A DNA stretch of 49,363 bases. It comes from Candidatus Aenigmatarchaeota archaeon. GTDB taxonomy: Archaea > Aenigmatarchaeota > Aenigmatarchaeia > CG10238-14 > SCSR01. The notes beneath the pieces are model-generated. The model was not told where the DNA came from, did no database searches, and worked only from the letters and a program-made list of their open reading frames with translations. Both the position numbers and the translations under genes were made by a program. Below, piece after piece: positions 8,472-18,008 of the stretch. The stretch covers positions 1 through 49,363 of the forward strand of contig JAWCSL010000005.1 in NCBI GenBank assembly GCA_039090665.1, read 5' to 3'. Within the stretch, counting starts at the first letter, position 1. Every line of letters starts with the position of its first letter.

Positions 8472-11400
8472 AAGCATAAAAAAAGTTCTCATACTAGGTA
8501 GCGGTGCAAAGTGTTGAAAAAACACGCACACTCAAAATAGGAGAAGCTGGAGAATTTGATTACTCTGGAGCACAAGCAATTAAAGCTTTGAAAGAAGAAG
8601 GAATAAAAGTGGTTCTTGTAAATCCAAACATAGCAACAATCCAAACAGATGAAAAGTTTGTAGACAAAGTATATTTCTTGCCTATAACACCTGAATTTGT
8701 AGAAAAAGTAATAGAAAAAGAAAGACCTGATGGAATTTTGTTGACTTTTGGCGGACAAACTGCATTAAATTGTGGTGTAGAGCTTCATGAGAGAGGTATT
8801 TTAGAGAAATATGGTGTGAGAGTTTTGGGAACAGGAATAGAAGCAATTGAAATTGCAGACAATAGGGAAAAATTCAAGAACATTTTGCTCAAGAACAATT
8901 TGCCTGTGCCAAAGAGTGAAAAAGTAAACAGCATAGAAGAAGCTGTGGAAGCTGCCAAGAAGATAGGGTATCCTGTAATGATAAGAGTTGCCTACACACT
9001 TGGTGGTCAAGGGTCTGGTGTTGCTGAAGATGAAGAACAATTGAAGAAAATAGCATCTTTGGGTCTGGTACACAGCAGGATAAAACAAATTTTGGTAGAA
9101 GAATATCTTGGAAAGTGGAAAGAAATTGAGTATGAAGTAATGAGAGATTGTGAAGACAATTGTCTGATTGTATGCAATATGGAAAATTTCGATCCTATGG
9201 GTGTACACACTGGCGAAAGTATAGTGGTTGCTCCTTCACAAACTTTAACAAACAGGGAATACCATTTGTTGAGAATCACAAGTTTCAAAGTCATAAGAGC
9301 TCTTGGAATAGTTGGTGAATGTAACATACAATTTGCTGTTAACCCAGAAAGTGAAGAATTCAAGATAATAGAAGTGAATTCCAGGCTATCGAGATCTTCA
9401 GCATTGGCATCAAAAGCCACAGGCTATCCGATAGCTTACATTGCAGCAAAATTGGCAATAGGCTACACGCTACCAGAACTTTTGAATAAAGTAACTCAAG
9501 TCACAACAGCTTGCTTCGAACCCGCTTTAGATTATATCGTGGTAAAAATTCCAAGATGGGATTTTCAAAAATTCAAAAATGTTTCTAGAAGAATTGGAAC
9601 ACAAATGAAGTCGATAGGAGAAGTAATGGCAATAGGAAGGAGCTTCGAAGAAGCTCTTCAAAAGGCTGTTAGAATGCTTGAAATTGGAAGAGAACTAACC
9701 GACACGAGCGAACTCACTAGCGATAAAGAAAAAATAAAGGAAATGTTAGAAAAGCCTACAGATGAAAGACTTTTCTATATAGTTAAAGCACTTCAAGTTG
9801 GTATGAGTGAAGAAGAAATTCACAAACTAACAGGAATTGATGAATGGTTCTTACACAAGATAAAGAGAATAGTTGAGATGGAAGAGGAAATAAAAAATTT
9901 GAATGAAGATACTTTGAGAAAAGCGAAAAAACTTGGTTTTTCAGACAAAAAAATTGGAGAGCTTGTAGGGAAGAGCGAAAGTGAAATCAGAGAAATGAGA
10001 AAATCTCTTGGAATAGTACCTGTTGTTAAACAAATAGACACTCTAGCTGCAGAATGGTCGGCCAAAACAAATTACCTTTACTTGACTTACAATGGTAATT
10101 ATGATGATATAGAAGTTGAGAAAAAGAGAAAAATTATAGTTCTTGGCTCAGGTTGCTACAGAATTGGTTCAAGCGTAGAGTTTGATTGGTGTTGTGTTAA
10201 TATGGCTTGGGCTCTAAAGGAAAGAGGGTTCGAGAGTATAATGATAAATTGTAATCCAGAAACAGTTTCTACTGATTTTGATATCATGGATAAGCTTTAT
10301 TTTGAAGAGCTCACCCTTGAAAGAGTTTTAGACATTTGTGAAAAAGAAGAACCTGAAGGAGTTGTTGTAAGTGTTGGTGGCCAAACACCAAATAACTTGG
10401 CTCTAAAACTTGCAAAAAATGGTGTGAAGATTATTGGAACTTCTGCCGAAGATATAGATAGAGCTGAAGATAGAGCTAAATTCAGCAAGCTTTTGGATGA
10501 ACTTGGAATTAAACAACCTAAGTGGGGAAAAGTTGAAAATCTGGAAAAAGCAAAAGAATTGGCTGAAAAAATAGGATATCCTGTTTTGATCAGACCTTCT
10601 TATGTGCTTTCCGGCTCTGCAATGAATGTTGCCACAAATGAATCTCAGCTAAGAGAATACTTGACAAAAGCAGCAAAAATTTCAAGAGAATATCCTGTAG
10701 TTATATCTAAGTTTATGACGAATGCTAGAGAAGTTGAAGTTGATTGTGTTTCTGATGGTGAAAATGTTTTTATTGGTGCAATAATTGAGCATTTGGAAAA
10801 TGCTGGCGTGCATTCAGGAGATGCAATAATGAGCATTCCGACACTTACAATAAGTGAAACAATAAAAAACAAGATAAGAGAGTATACTAGAAGAATTGCA
10901 AGAGCTCTCAGAATAAAAGGTCCTTTCAACATTCAGTACTTGGCAAAAGATGGGGAAGTCTATGTGATAGAATGCAACTTAAGGGCTTCAAGAAGTATGC
11001 CGTTCGTTTCTAAAACTATAGGAGTGAATTTGATGGAAATTGCTGCTGATGCTATACTTGGTAAAAAAATTAAAGATGGTGAATATTTGCCAAATGTTTT
11101 TGCAGTAAAAGTTCCGCAATTTTCTTTCATGAGATTGGAAGGTGCAGATCCCGTTACTGGAGTAGAAATGGTTTCAACAGGAGAAGTTGCCGCTTTTGGC
11201 AAAACTTTTGAAGAGGCTTTCATCAAAGCCCTGATAGCTAGTGGTGTTGAGCTTCCGAAAGCTAACGATGGTGTTTTGATTTCAATCGGTGGAGAAAAAA
11301 GCAAAATAATTGAAATTGCAAATAAGCTTGTGAGCAGAAAAATAAATATTTATGCGACTGAAAAAACTTCAGAAGAATTGAAAAAATACGGGATAGAAAA

Positions 11401-11665
11401 TGAAGTTGTGAAGAAGGTTAGCGAACCAAGACCAAATATTTTGGATTATTTGATGAATGGAAAAATAAAAATGGTGATAAATATTCCTTCAACAAATGGT
11501 GTAGTTAGTACACAAGCGTTAGATGATGAATACTTGATAAGGAGAAAGGCTGTAGAATTCAAAGCTTTTGTGGTTAGTAACCTTCAAGTGGCAAAAACTT
11601 TAGCAGATGTTTTAGATTTTTATCACAAAAATGGAGTTGAAAATTGTGTGGAGTTTGAAAAATAG
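8461..11665 (+). CDS. carB: Carbamoyl-phosphate synthase large subunit, join(8461..8509,8532..11665), 1060 aa
   Basis: Spliced N-terminus (M)[28 protein letters not shown]; two ATP-grasp domains and a C-terminal MGS-like domain; SD GGAGGTGA at 8447-8454. Confidence 0.95.
8510..8531 (+). other. 22-nt BHB intron in carB mRNA
   Basis: GTGC[AA^A]GTGTT-GAAAA-AACAC GCAC[AC^T]; contains an in-frame TGA; excision restores frame and the GAIKIG consensus. Confidence 0.88.
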
Positions 11666-12557
11666 GGACATAATTTCAATAAGGGATCTGAAAAAAGAAG
11701 AAATAGAGCTTATTTTAGATGAAGCTGAAGTTATGGAGAAAAAATTGAAAAATGAAGAACCTCTTTATCAGATGAAAGATAAAGTTTTGGCAAGTTTGTT
11801 CTTTGAACCTAGTACCAAAACAAGGTTGTCTTTCAATGCTGCCATGCAAAAACTTGGTGGAAAAGTGATAGAGATCGAATATTCTACAGCAACAAAAAAC
11901 CTCATCGACAAAGTGAAAATGATTGAAAGTTATTGCAATGTTATTGTTTTGAGACATCCTAGAGAAGGGTCTGCAAGATTAGCTGCCGAGATTTCAGAAA
12001 AACCTGTAATAAATGCTGGTGATGGTTCTAATCAACATCCTACCCAAACATTAATCGATTTGTTCACGATAAGAAAATTGAAAGGCAAGATAGAAGGTTT
12101 GAACGTGAGCTTGATTGGAGATTTAAAATACAATGCTGTGATAAAATCTTTGTTTTATGCACTTGCTGTTTTTAAAGCAAACATAACTCTTGCTTCACCT
12201 CCTGAGCTTCAAATGCCGTGGGAAAATATAGAAGAAGTAAGGGATAAGTTCGGTGTTAAAATTTTCCATACAAACAGTCTACATTCTGCTATTGAAGAGG
12301 CTGATGTTTTGTATGTTTGTGGTGTGAAAAAAGATAAGTTTGGCGACATTTTCGAAGCTGAAAAAATACAAAAGAATTTTAGGATAACTCAAGAAATTTT
12401 GGAAAATGCTAAAAAAGATATGGTAATCTTACATCCATTGCCTAAAGACATAGAAATTGATTCAAGCATCGACAAAACAAAATTTGCCAAATACTATGAA
12501 CAAGCCTCTTATAGCTTGCCTGTTAGAATGGCTTTGCTTTCCTTGGTGGTTGCATGA
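11631..12557 (+). CDS. pyrB: Aspartate carbamoyltransferase catalytic-subunit homolog with a degenerate active site
   Basis: FFEPSTKTRLSF, LRHP, NAGDG..HPTQ, HPLP; lies between carB and pyrI; Asp-binding residues substituted. Confidence 0.85.
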   Translation: MELKIVWSLKNRDIISIRDLKKEEIELILDEAEVMEKKLKNEEPLYQMKDKVLASLFFEPSTKTRLSFNAAMQKLGGKVIEIEYSTATKNLIDKVKMIESYCNVIVLRHPREGSARLAAEISEKPVINAGDGSNQHPTQTLIDLFTIRKLKGKIEGLNVSLIGDLKYNAVIKSLFYALAVFKANITLASPPELQMPWENIEEVRDKFGVKIFHTNSLHSAIEEADVLYVCGVKKDKFGDIFEAEKIQKNFRITQEILENAKKDMVILHPLPKDIEIDSSIDKTKFAKYYEQASYSLPVRMALLSLVVA

Positions 12558-13003
12558 GTGAACAAAGAATTGTAACAAACATAGAAAATGGGACTGTGAT
12601 AGACCATATTCCCGCGGGGAAAGGAATGAAAGTTTTTGAGATACTTAAATTGGAAAAACATGAAGACAGAAGTGTCATTTTAATAAACACTTTGAGTAGG
12701 AAAATGGGAAGAAAAGATGTGATAAAAGTAGAGAATAAAGAAATCGAGGAAAAAGAAATAAATAAAATTGCCTTGATAGCACCGAACGCCACCATTTCTA
12801 TAATAAAAAACTGGGAAGTGGTTGAAAAGAGAAAAGTTGTTTTACCTGAAATTCTTGAAAATGTTATAAATTGTCCGAATAAAAATTGCATAACTAATTC
12901 TGAAGAAAATGTGAAAAGTAAGCTTGTGGTTGAAAAGAAAGAACCACTCAAATTGAGATGTTGGTATTGTGAAAGAATTTTTGGGGTAGAAGAAATTTTA
13001 TAG
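12554..13003 (+). CDS. pyrI: Aspartate carbamoyltransferase regulatory subunit
   Basis: NGTVIDHI, KDVIKVE, Zn ligands CPNKNC and RCWYCE. Confidence 0.95.
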   Translation: MSEQRIVTNIENGTVIDHIPAGKGMKVFEILKLEKHEDRSVILINTLSRKMGRKDVIKVENKEIEEKEINKIALIAPNATISIIKNWEVVEKRKVVLPEILENVINCPNKNCITNSEENVKSKLVVEKKEPLKLRCWYCERIFGVEEIL

Positions 13004-13073
13004 CCCCGGCCAGATTCGAACTGGCGTGTTCAGGTCCAGAGCCTGACATCCTTGACCGCTAGATGACGGGGCT
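13001..13073 (-). tRNA. tRNA-Gln(CTG)
   Basis: AGCCCCG...TCAGG CTCTGGA CCTGA...GTTCGAATC...CGGGGCT A; A1-U72 typical of archaeal tRNA-Gln. Confidence 0.96.
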
Positions 13074-13208
13074 ATGTCTATTTAAATTTAAACTTGTAAA
13101 ATTAATTTGGGTTGGAATGATTGGTGAGTGTCAAACACTTTTTTAAGTCTATTCTTTTCTTGATTACTAATAAAACTTTCAAAAATATAAAAGAATTATG
13201 GTGATTTA

Positions 13209-15128
13209 ATGAGGATTTTACAAACTCATTCAGACTGGATTGAATATGAACCGATAAAAAAAGAAATTCCACAAGCTGAGGATGTGGAAAAAAAGATTTA
13301 CAAGTTGGAAGAAGTTCTCGTCGCTTTCACTGCAGTTGAAGAAGGTGATGATGAAGAAGTTGCAAAAAAAGCTGTAGACGAAATAAAAGATTTCATGAAA
13401 AATTTGAAAATAAACAAGCTTTTGATTTATCCTTTTGTCCATTTGTCAAACAAACCGGCAAAACCTTCTGAAGCTTTGAAAATCCTCAAAGCTATGGAAG
13501 CTTATGCAAAAGAATTGGAAATTGAAACCTATAGAGCACCCTTTGGTTGGAACAAAAGATTTACTAATGCTGTTAAGGGACATCCTTTAGCAGAGCAATC
13601 AAGAGTTTTTGTTGCTGGTGAAGTCAAAGAAGAGAAGAAAGAAGAAGAAAGAATTAAAAAAGAAAAGTTCCATCGCTTCTTCATAATCGATATTGATGGC
13701 AAAGAGTATGAAGTTGATAAAAAGAATTGGAAAAATTGTGAGATTTTTTCCAAAAAAGAGAAAAGATACGAATGTTTGAAAATTTTTGTGAGAAATGAGC
13801 TTGAAGGAAATCCTCCAAAAGGAAAGCAACCAAAACATATTGAACTTATGAGGAAACTAGAGCTTGTTGACTATTGTCCTGAGAGTGATGTCGGAAACAT
13901 GAAATGGTATCCAAACGGTGTTTTGATAAAAGACTTGATAATGGATTATGCTTTGTATAAAATCGCAATACCTTGGGGTGCAATGAAAATGCAAAATCCA
14001 CTTTTATACAGAACTGATGTGGAAGAAATCAAAAAACTTCAAGGAGAATTTCACGAAAGAGATTACATCATAGAAGAAAAAATCCCACTTGTTCTTAGAT
14101 TTGCCAGCGATCCTGGAGCTTTCCCATTTGTTCAAAAACTTATTTTCACATACAAGCACATGCCGATAAAAGTTTACGAGGAAGCAATTTGCTTCAGGAA
14201 AGAGAAAAAAGGTGAACTTTCTGGTTTGATGAGAGTAAGGAACTTTTGGATGACCGACCAACATGCTTTTTGTATTGATGAAGAACAAGCAAAAAAAGTT
14301 TATGAAGAACTTTCTTTACTTTTTGCAAGATTGATGAACGAAATAATAGCAAAAGAACATTGGGTTTTAGGTTTCGAAATTGTTGAAAGTTTTTATGAAA
14401 AATATAAAGAATTTTTCAAGAAGATAATCAAGGAAATCAAAGCACCTGCTTTCTTCAAACTGATGAAAGAGATGTCACACTATTATGCTTTTAAGAATGA
14501 ATATCAAGCAATATTTTTAGATGGAAACAATTTACAAATCTCGACTGTTCAATGGGACATCAAAAATGGAGAAAGGTTCAACATCTGTTTTATAGATAAA
14601 GATGGTAAAAGAGTTCCTGTTCCCTTCATAATTCATGCTTCTTCTTTTGGTAGCATAGAAAGAGCTATAGCTGCAATTCTTGAAACTGGAGTTTGGATGG
14701 AAAAGGAAGGTAAAGCTCCTATGCTTCCGCTGTGGCTTTCTCCAGAGCAAGTTAGGCTAATTCCTGTTAGTACTGAAAAGCATCTTAAGAAATGCGAAGA
14801 AATTGCTGAAATTTTGGAAAAAGAAAAGATAAGAGTTGGGGTAGATGATAGAGATTTAACAGTTGCAAAGAAAGTTTTCGAAGCGAAGAAAAGTTGGATT
14901 CCATACATAATTGTGGTTGGTGACAGAGAGCTTAAATCAGAAAAGCTACCTGTCGTGATAAGAGAAAAATCTACTATTAAAGAGGAGTTTAGAGAAGAAA
15001 TGAGCTTAAAAGAACTCATAAAAGAGATAAAAGAAAAAGTTTCTGATATGCCGTTCAGACCATTATACATACCGAGAGAGCTTTCGAAAAGAGCAATTTT
15101 TGTGCCTTGGGGTACCAAAACAGTTTAG
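13209..15128 (+). CDS. thrS: Threonyl-tRNA synthetase (archaeal type with N-terminal editing domain)
   Basis: MRILQTHSD, YPFVHLS, RAPFGW, GHPLAE, FRKE..GEL.GL.RVR, GSIER, PLWLSPEQV. Confidence 0.95.
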   Translation: MRILQTHSDWIEYEPIKKEIPQAEDVEKKIYKLEEVLVAFTAVEEGDDEEVAKKAVDEIKDFMKNLKINKLLIYPFVHLSNKPAKPSEALKILKAMEAYAKELEIETYRAPFGWNKRFTNAVKGHPLAEQSRVFVAGEVKEEKKEEERIKKEKFHRFFIIDIDGKEYEVDKKNWKNCEIFSKKEKRYECLKIFVRNELEGNPPKGKQPKHIELMRKLELVDYCPESDVGNMKWYPNGVLIKDLIMDYALYKIAIPWGAMKMQNPLLYRTDVEEIKKLQGEFHERDYIIEEKIPLVLRFASDPGAFPFVQKLIFTYKHMPIKVYEEAICFRKEKKGELSGLMRVRNFWMTDQHAFCIDEEQAKKVYEELSLLFARLMNEIIAKEHWVLGFEIVESFYEKYKEFFKKIIKEIKAPAFFKLMKEMSHYYAFKNEYQAIFLDGNNLQISTVQWDIKNGERFNICFIDKDGKRVPVPFIIHASSFGSIERAIAAILETGVWMEKEGKAPMLPLWLSPEQVRLIPVSTEKHLKKCEEIAEILEKEKIRVGVDDRDLTVAKKVFEAKKSWIPYIIVVGDRELKSEKLPVVIREKSTIKEEFREEMSLKELIKEIKEKVSDMPFRPLYIPRELSKRAIFVPWGTKTV

Positions 15129-15943
15129 CTGATTGGTTTGGAGTGTTGCCAAACTAATTTGAATAGAGGCGAAAGAATGTTTCCTGCTGCATGCTCACTC
15201 TTACTCCAGAGAGCCATATCTTGTGTTGAATGAACTTTTGTGTCTGTTAAAGAAAGGAGAAATTGTTTATCATCTACTATACAAAATCTACCTGCCAAGT
15301 CAATATCCTTTTCATCTAAAATTCTTATCTCAGCTATACCACTTAAAGCCTTTATAGCTTCGCTAGCCTTTTCTTTTCCACTTGTAGCTATTTTTATACT
15401 CACACCATTCTCCTTGGCTTTCTTTAAAGCTTCCAAATGGTTTGTTGTTAGCTCAATTAAACCTTCTGGTGTTGTGACTATTGCTATTTGCTTGCTAGCA
15501 TCCCTAAACATGGTAGCGAGTTGTTGTTGCAAAGAATATTTTCCTTTCAAAGAGCCTGTAATCTCTTCTGGTGAAATTATTTTCAAACCGTGTGAAAAAA
15601 TTTCATTCAACTCTTTCATCACAGGACTTGATTTAAGCTCTTCTATTCTTTCCATTTTTTCTTTAAGTTCTTCTTCTATTTTTGCCTTAGCTCTTTCTAA
15701 AGCTTCTTCCGGAGGGATTGCTACATATTTCAAAGGCTTGCTTGACTGAATAACAACAAACCCTTTGTCTGCCAAGCTCTGTAGAACATCGTAAGTTCTG
15801 GATCTTGGTACATTTGCTATTGTAGAAAGCTCACCTGCAGTGCTTATTCCTCTCGATAAAAGGGCTACCCAAAGTTTCCTTTCGTACAAATTCAAACCTA
15901 TTCCACGCAACGCTTCCATTGTTTTGTTGGATGCTAACATCAC
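15125..15943 (-). CDS. TrmB-family transcriptional regulator
   Basis: GLNLYE..LW.ALL, ANVPRSRTYDVL.SL..KGF wHTH; C-terminal PLD-like IVDDK domain. Confidence 0.9.
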   Translation of the reverse strand: MMLASNKTMEALRGIGLNLYERKLWVALLSRGISTAGELSTIANVPRSRTYDVLQSLADKGFVVIQSSKPLKYVAIPPEEALERAKAKIEEELKEKMERIEELKSSPVMKELNEIFSHGLKIISPEEITGSLKGKYSLQQQLATMFRDASKQIAIVTTPEGLIELTTNHLEALKKAKENGVSIKIATSGKEKASEAIKALSGIAEIRILDEKDIDLAGRFCIVDDKQFLLSLTDTKVHSTQDMALWSKSEHAAGNILSPLFKLVWQHSKPIS

Positions 15944-16069
15944 ACTACCTCTCTGTTTTAACTATTGAGTGATTTAATATTTAAGGTTTTATATTTTACT
16001 GTAGTCTGAATAAAAAATTTAAACTTTATTTCATAAGCCATATACAATTTCTTCTGTCCATATAGAAAA

Positions 16070-17779
16070 TCAGCCAACCTTTCCTTGACTTTCAAAAAGA
16101 GCTTTAAGCCTATCTAATGTATCTGCTTCTTCTGGTGATTTATCAGCTGTTCTATCTCTTATGAATCTAGGAAATCTTAAAGCAAATCCAGATTCATAGT
16201 TTGGAGATTTTTGAATTTCTTGATATCCAACTTCTATCACAATTTTTGGTCGCACCCTTACACTCTTCCCCTTTTCTTCTATTATCAAAGGTTTCAAGAT
16301 TTCTGTCATTTGTTGATATTCATCTTCTGTCAAGCCGGTAGACATCATTCCACATCTTAAAAATTTTCCTGTGTCAGGATCTCTACAAGCAAGTTCAAAG
16401 CTTGTGAGCCACTTTGCTCTCGCACCTTCTCCCCATGTTGCCCCAACTATCACTAAATCTAAAGTTTCCATTATTGGTTTAATTTTATACATCGTGCCAA
16501 CATGCCTGCCAAACACATAGGGTGAATTCAAGACTTTAAGCATCAATCCTTCTTGCTTAGCTTCTAAAGCCTCTTTGTAAAAATTTTCAATTTCTTTAAC
16601 ATCATCACTTATTATTTGCTTTGCAAGCTGAAGCTTCCCTTCTATTTTTTCCACTATTTTTTCCAAAATTTTCCTCCTTTCTATAAAAGGTTTGTCAAAA
16701 AGAAGCTGTCCATCAAGATAAACTATATCAAACAAGTTTAATTGAATTGGTATTTCTTTCACCATTTTTTCTATATCATACTTTCTGTGAATTCTTTGTG
16801 AAAGTACTTGAAAAGGTAAAGGAATGTTTGTTTTTGGATTTATTGCCAAAGCTTCCCCTTCAACTATACACTCTTTTGCTTTCAAACCTTTCCTACAAAC
16901 CTCTACCAAATCTGGGAATTGTTTTGTCACATCTTCAAGTCTTCTTGTATAAATCCAAATTTGATCTTCTTTCTTGTGAATTTCAGCATGCATCCCATCG
17001 TACTTATATTCTGCTGCAATTTTTCCAAATTCTCTTACAACTTCTTCTATACTTTCAGCTTTTTCGCCAAGCATTACTTGAATTGGTCTACCTAGTTGTA
17101 TTTTTGTCCTTTTCAAGCCTTCTATACCTTCTTCTTTGGCAATTCTTGCTATTTCAGAAAAATCAGAAAGTATATTCCATGCATAATCTACAGCTTGTAT
17201 TGCTTCTTCTTTCTCTTTCTTATTCATTCCTTCTTTCACAAGAAAAGCTTGAACTATAGCATCTCTAATCAAACCTTCTGCAACACCAACTCTAAGCTCA
17301 CCTAAAATTGTTCTAACTATATATCTTGCTTCTTTTGGTTTTGCGGAAACTAACAACTCGATAATTAGATTCAATTTCCTTTCTTGAGAACCTTCTCCAG
17401 TGATTGTTGCTATCTTTCGTAAATTTTCAAAAACAAACTTAACTGTAAGTTTTTTTGTTAAAAGTGTTACTTGCTTCCTTGACTTTATACATTCTTCAGC
17501 AACTAACCCTAGATCGCCTAGCCTTGCAAATTTCTGTTCTATTTCTTCAGTTTTAAAACCTGTTGCTTTTGAAATTGCTTTCATCATCATTTGAGTTGCT
17601 ATTCCTAGCTCAAGTTGGGTGAACTTTGGATAAACTATACCTTGAACAAGTAAAACTACTCTTTCTAGTTCTTCTGTTTCTGTTTTTCTAAAAAGTTCGG
17701 CCAGAATTTCTGTTTTTTTAAGTTTTGCCGAAACCTTTTCTAATCTCTCATAATAATCTGCTAAGATTGAATAATCCAT
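16070..17779 (-). CDS. lig: ATP-dependent DNA ligase
   Basis: EYKYDG, EGEA, LFDI, EGLMLK, KIK, ALRFPRF; start at MDYSILAD. Confidence 0.95.
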   Translation of the reverse strand: MDYSILADYYERLEKVSAKLKKTEILAELFRKTETEELERVVLLVQGIVYPKFTQLELGIATQMMMKAISKATGFKTEEIEQKFARLGDLGLVAEECIKSRKQVTLLTKKLTVKFVFENLRKIATITGEGSQERKLNLIIELLVSAKPKEARYIVRTILGELRVGVAEGLIRDAIVQAFLVKEGMNKKEKEEAIQAVDYAWNILSDFSEIARIAKEEGIEGLKRTKIQLGRPIQVMLGEKAESIEEVVREFGKIAAEYKYDGMHAEIHKKEDQIWIYTRRLEDVTKQFPDLVEVCRKGLKAKECIVEGEALAINPKTNIPLPFQVLSQRIHRKYDIEKMVKEIPIQLNLFDIVYLDGQLLFDKPFIERRKILEKIVEKIEGKLQLAKQIISDDVKEIENFYKEALEAKQEGLMLKVLNSPYVFGRHVGTMYKIKPIMETLDLVIVGATWGEGARAKWLTSFELACRDPDTGKFLRCGMMSTGLTEDEYQQMTEILKPLIIEEKGKSVRVRPKIVIEVGYQEIQKSPNYESGFALRFPRFIRDRTADKSPEEADTLDRLKALFESQGKVG

Positions 17780-17819
17780 GATCCCAACATTTAATAATTG
17801 TGTGTTTATATTATTGTTT

Positions 17820-17978
17820 ATGGTTAGAAAAAGCTGGACTTTTGGCTTTTGTGAAAGTTGCTTGAAAAATTCACATGAAAAAATTGAAATGGTGAAAATT
17901 TTCTTGAGTTCTGATTTTTTGGATAAAAAAGAAGAAATGTGGTGTTGCCCTGTTTGTGGAGCAACCAAAAGACTTTAA
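17820..17978 (+). CDS. 52-aa zinc-ribbon protein
   Basis: MVRKSWTFGFCESC...WCCPVCG; divergent from lig across a 40-bp gap. Confidence 0.7.
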   Translation: MVRKSWTFGFCESCLKNSHEKIEMVKIFLSSDFLDKKEEMWCCPVCGATKRL

Positions 17979-18008
17979 TTGTTGAAATAAAAACTTTTTA
18001 TTGAGAAA

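Noticed and set aside
8504..8530. ORF-track start of carB at GTG 8504 (MQSVEKTRT)
   Set aside because: It would delete the conserved KKVLILGSG strand that is encoded just upstream; these residues are mostly translated intron
17780..17968. N-terminal extension of DNA ligase in the ORF track
   Set aside because: It is antisense to the Zn-ribbon gene and promoter region; ligase homology starts at MDYS (17779)
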